Assembly: GCA_938083505.1 (NCBI GenBank)
Contig: CALKCF010000006.1
Coordinates: 119,047-183,046, forward strand
Origin: an uncultured archaeon
GTDB lineage: Archaea; Thermoproteota; Nitrososphaeria_A; Caldarchaeales; Wolframiiraptoraceae
Direction: 5' to 3'
DNA: 64,000 bases
This document shows, piece after piece, positions 20,301 to 29,536 of the stretch. Numbering within the stretch: the stretch's first letter is position 1; the number at the start of each line of letters is the position of its first letter. The notes under the pieces were generated by a model, which did not search any database, was not told the origin of the DNA, and saw only the letters and a program-made list of their open reading frames with translations. The translations under genes and the position numbers were made by a program.

Positions 20301-20516
20301 CTCATCCCTGACGAGCCTTTTTATCCAAAGCTTCTGCACTTCTCTAGGTTCACCCAGTATTTCTCTGAACAAGTTTTCAAGTTCTGTTTCTTCCGTGACA
20401 CGCATCGCTAAGCTGAAGGGAACATTTTTAATGTTACACTTTGTTTCGGAAATCTCTTCCGCGGATACATCTTTTTTGCATACGATGCACAAGTCTTCGT
20501 ATATTACTGGTATCAC
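17322..20516 (-). CDS. rgy: Reverse gyrase
   Basis: APTGIGKT, DDVD, STAT, RGLDLP, QGSGR helicase-like module; IVESPTKA, TDPDAEGEKIA, SAGRVQ, ITYHRTD, GRPSTYA topo IA module. Confidence 0.98.
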   Translation of the reverse strand: MIPVIYEDLCIVCKKDVSAEEISETKCNIKNVPFSLAMRVTEETELENLFREILGEPREVQKLWIKRLVRDESFTVVAPTGIGKTTFGLIASLFLALKGKKSYIIVPTTILVEQCVDELRNFCSRIGKNAGMNEKGDITLAFYHEKIKKKEKEKFEEVLKNGDFNVLITTAAFLSKRFEKLKNFHFELIFVDDVDAILKTSKNVERVLHLLGFSKVDGEWTGKPKGVLLVSTATTSKGKATILFRKLLNFDVGSSFFTVRNIEDFYSKSEGLEKVKEILRIMGKGCIIYTRNSEEAERYYKVLKNEFRIGLVLAGRKEDYELFCEGKVDHLIGTSYYYGLLVRGLDLPQKIRYVIFIGAPVLRFRYETLTPKLIKALALSLQEESIRRNLPLILSLDRHPEKLEEIKKLINEILQRRKPEDFVVKENEIVLPDVKTYIQGSGRSSRLTINGLTKGASFLLEKDEEILNAFIKRAKYYDIVFKAFNESDFESLKKEIDKTRMPGNRAVETIKPALFIVESPTKARIISRFFGRPSIRVIDNLVVYEVATQNYVLSITACLGHMVDLVTNRGFHGVQVNDNFIPIYATIKRCRRCGYQFTNKQDRCPTCGYDDIDDSAGRIESIRNLAYQTGLVIIGTDPDAEGEKIAWDLKNILSGLAELKRIEFHEVTPMTIMRALSNLRDVNEDLVKAQILRRIEDRWIGFVLSQILWKHFGDYNLSAGRVQTPVLGWVIQRMDEFKKKKKVAYAQQLGLTFEELESEQKRLRVEISLIEEKWEKRLPPPPYTTDEMLKDVNRILHLSSDVAMKLAQDLFENGMITYHRTDSTYVSDVGLRIAKEFLGKDFVGRRPSMAMGAHECIRPTRHWDRFTLQRMIYEEVIPAEGMMADHFALYDLIFRRFMASQCREFEVKVKKYLVKFLDKEKVVERIVEAKGRALELYRSIVIEKELPEGVHDVELEYRVVPFAYPYTQADIIRLMKEKAIGRPSTYATIIDKLFRRKYVIEKKRLLLPTIVGRKVFEFLEKNYGSFVSEERTRLLLKMMDDVERRATNYEDMLKDVYEEIKKIS

Positions 20517-20649
20517 TCTTTATCCCCACAAAAATCCTCCTTATGGTAATCAATCTCACCTAAATTTTTACTTTTGGTTTATTGCTTAGCGTAAAAAATT
20601 AAAGAAATTTAATATTTAACAAGATTTAAAGATTAAACTTAGACACGTC

Positions 20650-21291
20650 TTGCTTGAATTTGTAATAATTCCGGTTAAAAAATTAGCAGATGGAAAATCA
20701 AGACTTAAAAGCCTACTCACCCAAGAGCAACGTAAACATCTTATTCTCAAGATGCTTGAGTCGGTCGTTGACGCTTGTATCGAGGCTGGTTTAGATAAGG
20801 CATATGTGATTGGAAGCGATCCTGAGGTGGAGGAGCTGACTAAGCAGAGGGGGTTGTCTTTCATACCTGACGTATGGTGTGAACTTAACAAATCCCTTGA
20901 AGGTGTTGTTAGCATACTTTGTCCAAAGCACAAAGGAGGCTTTGTCATACTTCCATGCGACCTTCCGTTGCTCTTACCCGAAGATGTGAAAATTATAGGA
21001 AGACTATTGGAGTACAACGACGTCGTAATTTCTCCTGCCTTTGGATTGAGAGGTACAAATGCCCTAGCGATGAAAGAGGCGCACATTGTTAAAACACAGT
21101 TCGGGGCTTCGAGCTTCCCTAAACACGTATCGTCAGCAAGAGCATGCGGTAAGAGAGTGGCAATATATGCGTCGCTAGGAGTATGCCTTGACATTGACTT
21201 ACCTAAAGACCTAAAAATGCTTACCAAGCTACTAAGATCAGGCCATAAAGGCATCGAGAGGTTAAAAAGTTTAGATTATTTGCGCTTATAA
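20650..21291 (+). CDS. cofC: 2-phospho-L-lactate/PEP guanylyltransferase
   Basis: IPVK....KSRL, DLPLL, GTNAL, FG..SF..H, DID.P.DL. Confidence 0.93.
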   Translation: MLEFVIIPVKKLADGKSRLKSLLTQEQRKHLILKMLESVVDACIEAGLDKAYVIGSDPEVEELTKQRGLSFIPDVWCELNKSLEGVVSILCPKHKGGFVILPCDLPLLLPEDVKIIGRLLEYNDVVISPAFGLRGTNALAMKEAHIVKTQFGASSFPKHVSSARACGKRVAIYASLGVCLDIDLPKDLKMLTKLLRSGHKGIERLKSLDYLRL

Positions 21292-22655
21292 GGTTTTTTT
21301 CTCCTCTTGAGAAGATAAAAAACTGCAAGCACCACCGGTATAAGTAGCAACAATTCTGAGATAAGTATGTAGGTCTCTAAACCGACTTTCTGTGCTTCAC
21401 CTTTTTCTAGCTCGATATTAGTTATGATGTAGTCCTTTATTGTTATGTTTCCGACACGAAAGTAAACAACATTACCTACCTCGTCGGACGCAGCAACCTT
21501 TACTCTAGCTACTCCGTCCTTGATTTTTATGCTTTCATCGACAGCGTACCTATTACCTTGGAGTGGTCTGATCTCTGAGGTGGAATTCAGTAAGAGTTTT
21601 CCGTCCATGTAGTACTCCACGATCGCGACGACGTATCTTAGATCACCCTCTCTATCCTCAACTTCAGCAAAAATTCTAAAATCTTTATTGCTTAATTTCT
21701 CGAGCCATGCTGTTCCTATCGTTGGTGGTCTAGAAATTGTTATAACACCTATAGTGTTTCTCGTAATATCAATAAACCAAAATGTGTTTTCTGGACCTTT
21801 CGTAGGATGCCATGGTGAGGTAAGACCTAAACTTATTTCATCCACCTTTCCGTCAAAAACTTCACCCACTGAGTTTCTTGGTCTGGAGAAATAAACGACG
21901 GAGCCATAATCAGTTGAAAGGAGGGGTGGAGCTACAACCGTACCAACAGGCAGAGCTATCTTCTCGGCCAGCCTTAGGTCCCTTGTTATACGGATTAAAT
22001 AACCTTCGACAGTTACTGCCCAGACACCACCATTCTTCGCTGGCGCCACAAGGTAAGTTTGGTTCCCAACCTCGTACGTTTTAACAGAGCCTGATACTGT
22101 GTCAACAAGTAGTAATTTCCTGTAGGAATCATCTATAACCCATAGCCCTGTATCAGATTCAGCAATGACACCTTCGCCCATGGCAACGTTCAAGTTAAAC
22201 TCTTTTAACACCTTCATCTCAAATGGTGAGAAAAGCACGACTTGAGAAATGCTAGGAAGGGTGAGCCATATGCCCTTTTTTGTTTGGTACATGTCCACAA
22301 TGTCCGCCTTAAACTCAAACGTCTTTAACTCAAACGTCTTTGAATCTATTATGGCAACAGACTTTGCACCGCTAAGGGCCACGATGACTACATCTTCGTA
22401 ATACAAAATCTTAGACGGTAGAGCCGAAAGATTCACCACTATAATTTCGCCGCTCTTCGGCATTAACATAACAACCCCCATCCTCGACGGTAGTGACAGC
22501 CAGATTCTTTCCTGACTTTCGACCGCCATATGTGTAGGTAGATCCCCTCTAAGGGGAAAAACGTAGTAGTCTAAAACCTTGATTGACATCGCTGGCTGAA
22601 CCGTTAAAAGAAGTAAAAGGGCCAAAACGGTTATTAACGCTACTTTTACTTTCAT
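21276..22655 (-). CDS. Cell-surface beta-propeller (Vgb-like) protein with Ig-like domain and C-terminal TM anchor
   Basis: Signal peptide, repeated G.W blades, C-terminal TM followed by KRRKK. Confidence 0.7.
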   Translation of the reverse strand: MKVKVALITVLALLLLLTVQPAMSIKVLDYYVFPLRGDLPTHMAVESQERIWLSLPSRMGVVMLMPKSGEIIVVNLSALPSKILYYEDVVIVALSGAKSVAIIDSKTFELKTFEFKADIVDMYQTKKGIWLTLPSISQVVLFSPFEMKVLKEFNLNVAMGEGVIAESDTGLWVIDDSYRKLLLVDTVSGSVKTYEVGNQTYLVAPAKNGGVWAVTVEGYLIRITRDLRLAEKIALPVGTVVAPPLLSTDYGSVVYFSRPRNSVGEVFDGKVDEISLGLTSPWHPTKGPENTFWFIDITRNTIGVITISRPPTIGTAWLEKLSNKDFRIFAEVEDREGDLRYVVAIVEYYMDGKLLLNSTSEIRPLQGNRYAVDESIKIKDGVARVKVAASDEVGNVVYFRVGNITIKDYIITNIELEKGEAQKVGLETYILISELLLLIPVVLAVFYLLKRRKKPYKRK

Positions 22656-22740
22656 CGCACAACCTACTATCCGTGTACACTTATACTTATATCATAATTA
22701 ATAAAATATTAATCTTCGTGTTAATGCTTTTCTTTATAAT

Positions 22741-24123
22741 ATGATGGGAGAGTTCATAAAGAACTTTGAGGAGCTACTCGTAGACTATTCGGAGCCTGAA
22801 AGGAAGCTCAGAGAAGATATGCTTAGCTCTGCAGAGGAAGCAATACGCGCCGTACAGCCCGGTGAGCTTCTGCGCAGGAAGCTCAAATTAAGGGGAAAGA
22901 TTTTAACAGTTGGCGATATAAAGGTCAGACTTGCAGATTTTGATGAGGTTGTCATCCTAGGAGCCGGTAAGGCCGTTCACACTATGTGTCGTTACGTCGA
23001 GCAGCTCTTAGGCGATAAGATAACGAGGGGGATTATAATAGTTCCACATAACGTCGCAAACGTTTACACAACTTCCTCTAAAATAAAGGTTAGGGGTGGC
23101 GGACACCCTGTCCCAGACAGAGAAGGGTATGAGGCTGCCAAAGAGCTTGTTGAGGTCGCGCAAAGCACTGGACCAAAGAGTTTAGCACTAGTGCTCATTT
23201 CAGGTGGTGGTTCAGCTCTTATGCCTTTACCGGCGGAGCCTGTAACCTTGGAAGATAAAATAGAGATTACGAGGATGCTTCTGAAGTCTGGTGCGACGAT
23301 CGAGGAGATGAATGTTGTTAGGAAACACCTTTCCATGGTAAAGGGCGGATGGCTTGCACGATATCTTTCGAAGGCAAAAACTATATCGCTTATACTATCC
23401 GATGTTGTTGGGGACAAGTTGGAGATAATTGCTTCAGGACCTACATCGCCAGACCCGAGTACATATGCCGATGCTATATCAATTTTGAAAAAGTACGGTA
23501 TTTGGGATTCTTCACCATCGAGTGTAAGGACCAGATTAGAACGTGGTATGAACGGCGAGGTGCCTGAAACACCAAAGCCGAACGATGCGGCGTTTCTAAA
23601 CGTACACAACGTAATTATAGGCGGTTGCTCAGATGCATGTAATGCAGCCTTTTATAAGCTAATGAAGTTAGGTTATAACGCGATTTACTTAACGCACAGA
23701 CTCGAAGGTGAGGCCCGTTACGTCGGCCAAATGTTAGCTAGGTTCATAGCCGATATGAGGTACAAAAAGACAAAGAGACCAATCTTACTAGTGTTAGGTG
23801 GTGAAACTACAGTAACTGTGAAAGGAAAAGGGGTCGGTGGTAGAAATCAGGAGTTAGCGCTATCTGTAGCCATCGAGTTGGATAATTTAAAAGGTTGGGC
23901 ATGTCTAGCCATAGGGACGGATGGGCTTGATGGGCCAACTGATGCTGCTGGTGCCATAACCGACTGCTGGACGTGCGACAAAGGTAGGAAGGCTGGGTAC
24001 GATGCAAAAGCATTTCTAGAAGACAATGATTCATACACGTTCTTGAAGAAGGTATCATCCTTAATCTTTACCGGCCCTACGGGCACTAACGTCGGTGATC
24101 TCATCATTCTAGGAAAGCTATGA
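22741..24123 (+). CDS. Glycerate 2-kinase (MOFRL family)
   Basis: GAGKA, GHPVPD, LISGGGSAL, RKHLS.VKGG, SDVVGD, GGETTV, GGRNQE, GTDGLDG, TGTNVGD. Confidence 0.95.
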   Translation: MMGEFIKNFEELLVDYSEPERKLREDMLSSAEEAIRAVQPGELLRRKLKLRGKILTVGDIKVRLADFDEVVILGAGKAVHTMCRYVEQLLGDKITRGIIIVPHNVANVYTTSSKIKVRGGGHPVPDREGYEAAKELVEVAQSTGPKSLALVLISGGGSALMPLPAEPVTLEDKIEITRMLLKSGATIEEMNVVRKHLSMVKGGWLARYLSKAKTISLILSDVVGDKLEIIASGPTSPDPSTYADAISILKKYGIWDSSPSSVRTRLERGMNGEVPETPKPNDAAFLNVHNVIIGGCSDACNAAFYKLMKLGYNAIYLTHRLEGEARYVGQMLARFIADMRYKKTKRPILLVLGGETTVTVKGKGVGGRNQELALSVAIELDNLKGWACLAIGTDGLDGPTDAAGAITDCWTCDKGRKAGYDAKAFLEDNDSYTFLKKVSSLIFTGPTGTNVGDLIILGKL

Positions 24124-24267
24124 TGGATTAAGAATCCGAGATATCCGCATATTTTTAAAGAAATACGCAAAAAATGCCGTTCAGACTTCGCAATAACACT
24201 TTTTAATACCCTAGCTCTATTTAAATTATGGAAAATCAAATACCTTGCAAGAATTAAAAACGCAGAG

Positions 24268-24873
24268 ATGGGGAACATGCCATCACCTGTTAGAATGCTG
24301 AGTGCGATGTTTGTGGCGTTTGTGGTCATAGCACTGATGTCATTCGTTGAAAGCTTTTACAGTAGTGGTAGGGCTTATGAGTTGATTGCGATATTTAGCG
24401 TTGCAGTTTCAGCACTTTTAGTCAGCTTGATAGCACGATCTTTGATTATTAGTATGCTTAGTATGTGCATTGGCGGAGTTGCAGCCGTACTCTTCACGTC
24501 TTTAAATCAATATATTTTCGGTATTCAGCTCCAGCTTTGGAATCCGCTCGTAATGTTTGGAGTTTCGGATATAGTCGGGAGGTTATTACTAATCATCGTA
24601 GCGGTCGGCATTTCGGCTGGCATCACAAGCATCATAGGAGCCCCTATGCGTCCAAAAGAAGAGGCAAGGGTTCCTGTTGAGAAACTGGTGAAAGAGTTCA
24701 TCGATGTTGAAAAAAAGCCTGAAGTTACAGCCATATATTTACAGACAACAGAGGTTCTCAAGAAAGATAAAGAGACACTCATGGAGGTGGTACCATGTCC
24801 ACACTGCGGAAACGACATACCATCAGATGCTATTTTCTGTCCTTTATGTGGAAAAAAAGTTAAAGAGAGTTGA
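24268..24873 (+). CDS. Membrane protein with C-terminal zinc ribbon
   Basis: About four TM helices; CPHCG...AIFCPLCG. Confidence 0.75.
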   Translation: MGNMPSPVRMLSAMFVAFVVIALMSFVESFYSSGRAYELIAIFSVAVSALLVSLIARSLIISMLSMCIGGVAAVLFTSLNQYIFGIQLQLWNPLVMFGVSDIVGRLLLIIVAVGISAGITSIIGAPMRPKEEARVPVEKLVKEFIDVEKKPEVTAIYLQTTEVLKKDKETLMEVVPCPHCGNDIPSDAIFCPLCGKKVKES

Positions 24874-24904
24874 AAACTACACCATTAATTACGGCGAGCT
24901 CTCC

Positions 24905-25816
24905 ATGATGATAAGGTTAGTGGCTGCTGACAGCATTGGAACGAGAAGCATGTGTACGTTTGTTGATACCGGAGACGTAAGCTTAGTGATAGATCCAGGA
25001 GCGGCACTCGGTCCTTGGAGGTACGGCCTCAGACCACACCCAAAGGAAGTCAAAAGGTTAGAAGAACATAAAGCTAAGATTGCTAGTTTAACATCAAAGG
25101 TCGACCTGGTGATAGTTACGCACTATCACTATGACCACATACCTAGACCTTATGAGGATATCTCATGGCTCAAGGGGAAAACGGTCGTAGTAAAAGACCC
25201 GGAGAACAACATAAACTTCAGCCAAAGGACAAGAGCCCATCTTTTTGTGGAACAGCTGCGTAAGGTCGGTTGCAAGATACTGGTTGCTGATAGAGGAAGT
25301 ATCAGAATCGGCACCACGTCGATAAAATTTTCAAAAGCAGTTCAGCACGGGAATTCTCCAAAGCTTGGGTATGTTATAGAAGTTTGCATAAGCACGGGTA
25401 GTGAGCGTTTGGTCCACACGTCCGACGTTGAAGGCCTGGTAGACGAGCAGCAACTTGACTTTATCATACAGAATAAGCCCGACATTGTAATATGCGACGG
25501 GCCCATGACATACATGCTCGGTAACAGGTTTACGGAGAATGATTTGGAAAAATCGATAAATAACCTAATGAGAATTATAGCTTCGTGTCGTCCAACCTTT
25601 TTAGTGCTCGACCACCATCTCATTAGAGACCTAAATTGGAGGGACAAGGTAAACAAACTTATCACATATGCTGATAGTTTCGGTACGTGTGTCTGTACCG
25701 CTGCGGCATTCTCTGGGTTAAGCTATGAGCCCTTGGAGGCTATGCGAAGAGAATTATATGAGTCTTTTCCTGTAAGTGCGGGCAGAAATTTTAAAACAGA
25801 CGAAGATTATGTTTAA
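24905..25816 (+). CDS. MBL-fold metallohydrolase (UPF0282-like)
   Basis: DSIGTRSM, IDPG.ALGP.RYGL.PH, THYHYDH, HTSDVEG, DHHLIRD; start moved from 24704 to ATG 24905. Confidence 0.88.
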   Translation: MMIRLVAADSIGTRSMCTFVDTGDVSLVIDPGAALGPWRYGLRPHPKEVKRLEEHKAKIASLTSKVDLVIVTHYHYDHIPRPYEDISWLKGKTVVVKDPENNINFSQRTRAHLFVEQLRKVGCKILVADRGSIRIGTTSIKFSKAVQHGNSPKLGYVIEVCISTGSERLVHTSDVEGLVDEQQLDFIIQNKPDIVICDGPMTYMLGNRFTENDLEKSINNLMRIIASCRPTFLVLDHHLIRDLNWRDKVNKLITYADSFGTCVCTAAAFSGLSYEPLEAMRRELYESFPVSAGRNFKTDEDYV

Positions 25817-25896
25817 CATCATGGCTTTTAGGGCAACAACTTCACTTTACCCTAGTAAAACATCAGTTTATAAGCGATAAGAGGCGGTTAAGGAGC

Positions 25897-26151
25897 TTAT
25901 TCCTTTTTCTCCTCTTCTGTTTTCGTCTTCGCAGTCAACTCCGGCAGGGGCTCAGGGACCGATGTGGTCGCAAGTGTATAACCTATCCACGCTAATATTA
26001 TAAGGATTATACCCACACCGAGAAAAGCCGTTATTTGTAGCGTCAAGAGCTGCCACGCTGGCGGCGACAGAAAGACAAGCCAGAAGTATAATATTAATAT
26101 TGCGATACTCATCACAAGTACGCAAACGCCTATTGCTCGGTCCTTGTTCAT
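25897..26151 (-). CDS. Small two-TM membrane protein (DPM2-like topology)
   Basis: D..IG, two TM helices, AWIGYTLATT; resembles a conserved archaeal family. Confidence 0.7.
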   Translation of the reverse strand: MNKDRAIGVCVLVMSIAILILYFWLVFLSPPAWQLLTLQITAFLGVGIILIILAWIGYTLATTSVPEPLPELTAKTKTEEEKKE

Positions 26152-26222
26152 ACAGCACCAATTTTACGGGAGTGGATTTAAATTTATCGGTAGAGGAGGT
26201 CATAATAAGAGGGGTAGAGTAA

Positions 26223-29084
26223 GTGGGTGAGCTGACAAGCGAGAATGTATTGGAACTGTTGGCAAAGCCCGTCAGAGTAGCTTTTATCGAAAGGTTCAGA
26301 GAGCTGACCCCACCTCAGATCGAAAGCATACCAAAGATACTGGCGGGTAAAAACCTATTATTAATGGCGCCAACTGGTACTGGAAAGACTGAGGCTGCCC
26401 TTTTACCCATACTTAGTAACCTACTACAAAACCCTGGACTTCCAGGAATAAAGGCACTTTACATAACTCCGCTTCGTGCACTCAACCGGGACCTGTTGGA
26501 AAGGTTTGACTGGTGGGCCAAGAAGTTAGACATCAAAGTTTCTGTCAGGCATGGAGACACTGCGGTCGCGGAGAGAAGGACGCAAACACTTATCCCCCCA
26601 GACATACTGATAACGACCCCTGAGACGCTCCAAGCAATTCTGTGCGGAAAGGTCCTCAGGAAGCATTTGAAGGGAGTAAAGTGGGTCATCGTTGATGAGG
26701 TTCACGAGCTTGCTACAGATAAGAGAGGTGCACAACTTTCTATAGCGCTTGAGAGATTATTAGAAATAGTCGGTTCAGAGTTTCAGAGGATTGGCCTCTC
26801 AGCTACAATCGGCAGCCCGGAGATCGTAGCCAAATTCTTAGTTGGGCCCGGAAGGGGGTGCGAGATCGTAATGGTTCCAGTGGCTAAGGGTATGAAGATA
26901 GACGTCCTTTACCCTGTACCGGATGATGAGGATGTCATGCTGGCTGAGGAGCTTGCGATCTTGCCAGACGTGGCGTCAAGGCTTAGGACTATAAGGAGGC
27001 TTGTGGAGTTGCATGGTTCAACGCTGATATTCACGAATACGAGACCTTTGGCCGAGGTCTTGACTAACAGATTTAGGGCATGGGACGAGAGTTTCAGTGT
27101 GGGCATACATCATGGCTCACTGGCGAAGTCCGCAAGGATATCGACGGAGCAAGGCCTAAAGACCGGTGCGTTACTCGGAATAGTCTGCACATCGTCTCTA
27201 GAGCTCGGTATAGATGTAGGCAGGATAGACCTCTGCATACAGTACAACTCGCCTAGGGAAGTAACAAGACTCATACAGAGGGTCGGTAGGAGTGGCCACA
27301 GAATAGGAAAGATCGCGAAGGGTGTCATACTGGTTATGGACTCAGACGATGCTCTTGAGTCTATAGTTATAGCCAGAAGGGCGCTCATGGAAAAACTGGA
27401 GGAAGTCAGGATACCTACGAATTGTCTCGACGTACTAATGCATCAACTGGCTGGGCTCCTAATAGAGTACGGTCGTGTTAATGTAGAAGATGCTTTAAGG
27501 ATATTCAGTCGAGCATATGGTTTCTCAGAACTCGACAAGCATAAGCTCCTAAAGGTCCTTGAGCATATGAAGGGGTTAAATATTTGCGTGCTTACCGACG
27601 ACGGCTACTTTTGGAAACCTATAAACTCTAAACCCCTTTATGATTACTATTTCGGAAACCTTTCCATGATACCTGAAGAGAAACAGTACTTAGTCATTCA
27701 GGAGAACACGGGAGAGCCCGTAGGTATACTTGATGAGGAATTCGTCGCAGAGTATGGTGAGCCAGGAACGAGGTTCATATTAATTGGCAAAGTATGGGAG
27801 ATTCTCAGCACGCTTGGTGAAAAGATCTATGTCAGAAAGCTGGACGAGTATGAAGGTGCGGTGCCTTCATGGGTGGGCGACGAGATACCAGTACCTTACG
27901 AGGTGGCAGAAGAAGTTGGCATTATAAGAGCAGAGTACGAGGAGCGCCTTCGCAAAGGTGAGTCGCATGACACTATCTGTGCTCATATAGCAAAGAGGTA
28001 CGGTGTGTCGGAAGAGCTAATTTCGAGAAGTACATCCGAGATCAGGGCACATATTGACTCAGGGATACCCGTACCCACGAACAGGAGGATACTCGTGGAA
28101 AAGTCAGGAGAATACACCATAATACACATACATGGAGGGCTTAGGATAAACAGGACTTTAGCTAAAGCCATTTCGTTCTTAGTATCCGAGAGAATCGGGA
28201 TGCCACTCGCCGTCCAGCAAGACCCCTACAGAATCGTCATAAGATCGAAACACGTTAACCCAGAGCACATCGTTAATGCTTTAAAGAATTTATCTGAGGG
28301 GAGTTTCGGAGAAATATTAAGGAAAGCTATTGAGGGCTCAACGCTGTTCAGGAGAAGGTTAGTCCATGTTGTAAGGAAGATGGGTGTTGTCAGCAAAGAG
28401 GCAAGCATAGTCGACGTTAACCTTTCAAAAATAGTTGAAGTGTTAAAAGGCACGGTAGTTTACGATGAAGCAATGTCATATTGTTTGTTCCAAGATTTTG
28501 ATGAGCGTGGCGCATACGAACTTCTCCGCTCTATTCTTATGGGAAAATACGAGCTCGTAACATATTCATCACTCGATGCCGCGAGCCCATCGCCCTTGGC
28601 TTTACTCACGCTTAGGCGTTACCAGGAGGCCTATGAAGCAGTATCTTCGGACGGGATTGAAAGGCTAGTTTTGATGGCAGTAAGGGCCAGGCTTATGAAT
28701 GAAACGGGCGTCCTCATCTGTTCTGAGTGTTATCAGTACTTCGATAAGGTGACGGTCAAGGACGTTGACGAAAGACCCTCATGCCCTGTATGCGGCTCGA
28801 GAAAACTTGGTTTCCTAAAGAACGAGGTTGAGGATGTTTATGGCCTGATATCCAGAAAGGGCAAACCAATGAGTAGAAAGGAGAAAGAGTTGTTAAAAGA
28901 AATAGAAAGAAGTTCGGATTTGGTGGAGAAGTACGGGAAGACCGCCCTCGTGGCCCTATCAGGAAAGGGATTTACCGTGAATGATGCTGTCAAGATTCTG
29001 GAGAAAGAAGGGAGTTTAACGAATAGATTAATACAACACATAATAGAGGAGGAGAAGAAGAAATTGATTGCAACATTCAAATAG
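26223..29084 (+). CDS. lhr: Lhr-like SF2 helicase with C-terminal Cys-rich motif (aLhr1 type)
   Basis: PTGTGKT, DEVH, SAT, HHGSL, SSLELGIDVG, QRVGRSGH; CSEC...CPVC. Confidence 0.93.
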   Translation: MGELTSENVLELLAKPVRVAFIERFRELTPPQIESIPKILAGKNLLLMAPTGTGKTEAALLPILSNLLQNPGLPGIKALYITPLRALNRDLLERFDWWAKKLDIKVSVRHGDTAVAERRTQTLIPPDILITTPETLQAILCGKVLRKHLKGVKWVIVDEVHELATDKRGAQLSIALERLLEIVGSEFQRIGLSATIGSPEIVAKFLVGPGRGCEIVMVPVAKGMKIDVLYPVPDDEDVMLAEELAILPDVASRLRTIRRLVELHGSTLIFTNTRPLAEVLTNRFRAWDESFSVGIHHGSLAKSARISTEQGLKTGALLGIVCTSSLELGIDVGRIDLCIQYNSPREVTRLIQRVGRSGHRIGKIAKGVILVMDSDDALESIVIARRALMEKLEEVRIPTNCLDVLMHQLAGLLIEYGRVNVEDALRIFSRAYGFSELDKHKLLKVLEHMKGLNICVLTDDGYFWKPINSKPLYDYYFGNLSMIPEEKQYLVIQENTGEPVGILDEEFVAEYGEPGTRFILIGKVWEILSTLGEKIYVRKLDEYEGAVPSWVGDEIPVPYEVAEEVGIIRAEYEERLRKGESHDTICAHIAKRYGVSEELISRSTSEIRAHIDSGIPVPTNRRILVEKSGEYTIIHIHGGLRINRTLAKAISFLVSERIGMPLAVQQDPYRIVIRSKHVNPEHIVNALKNLSEGSFGEILRKAIEGSTLFRRRLVHVVRKMGVVSKEASIVDVNLSKIVEVLKGTVVYDEAMSYCLFQDFDERGAYELLRSILMGKYELVTYSSLDAASPSPLALLTLRRYQEAYEAVSSDGIERLVLMAVRARLMNETGVLICSECYQYFDKVTVKDVDERPSCPVCGSRKLGFLKNEVEDVYGLISRKGKPMSRKEKELLKEIERSSDLVEKYGKTALVALSGKGFTVNDAVKILEKEGSLTNRLIQHIIEEEKKKLIATFK

Positions 29085-29101
29085 CATGTTGAGGTGTTTT
29101 T

Positions 29102-29536
29102 ATGGGTAAGGAATATCCAAAGATGCCGGTTGTCGCCGTAGGTGCCTTAATACTTCAAGACCGCAACATACTTCTCGTTAGAAGGACGAACGAGCCCGGC
29201 AAGGGAAAGTGGTCGATCCCGGGCGGCACTGTCGAACTCGGAGAATCGTTGAAGGATGCTGTAGCCAGGGAAGTTTATGAGGAAACAGGTCTTGTGGTTG
29301 AGGTGTCCGAGTTGCTAGACATAATCGAAGTTATCAGGAGAGACGACGCTGGTAAAATAGTCTTCCATTATGTAATTCTCGATTACCTGGCTAAACCTGT
29401 TGGCGGTACGCTTAGGGCTGCATCCGACGCTTCTGACGTCATATGGGCATCTGTGGACGAGATCATGAATATGGAGATTACGGATAGCCTAAGAAAGATG
29501 CTTCGTAAGCTGAAAGAAAAAGGATTCTTTAGCTAG
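29102..29536 (+). CDS. NUDIX hydrolase
   Basis: GGTVELGESLKDAVAREVYEETG Nudix box. Confidence 0.95.
   Translation: MGKEYPKMPVVAVGALILQDRNILLVRRTNEPGKGKWSIPGGTVELGESLKDAVAREVYEETGLVVEVSELLDIIEVIRRDDAGKIVFHYVILDYLAKPVGGTLRAASDASDVIWASVDEIMNMEITDSLRKMLRKLKEKGFFS

Noticed and set aside
20616-21254. 212-aa antisense ORF over cofC, and similar antisense ORFs (23064-23609, 37152-37661, 53873-54361)
   Set aside because: Shadow frames of well-supported genes; no motifs
24704-24904. N-terminal extensions in the ORF track (24704, 15261, 49995, 38137, 30162, 58219)
   Set aside because: They overlap neighbouring genes or promoters; family N-termini and SD positions favour downstream starts
25829-25856. 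TAGGG...CCCTA stem between convergent genes
   Set aside because: Short and imperfect; at most an ordinary terminator-like element
17322-29084. Inteins in reverse gyrase or Lhr
   Set aside because: Lengths are normal and no intein splice or LAGLIDADG motifs are visible
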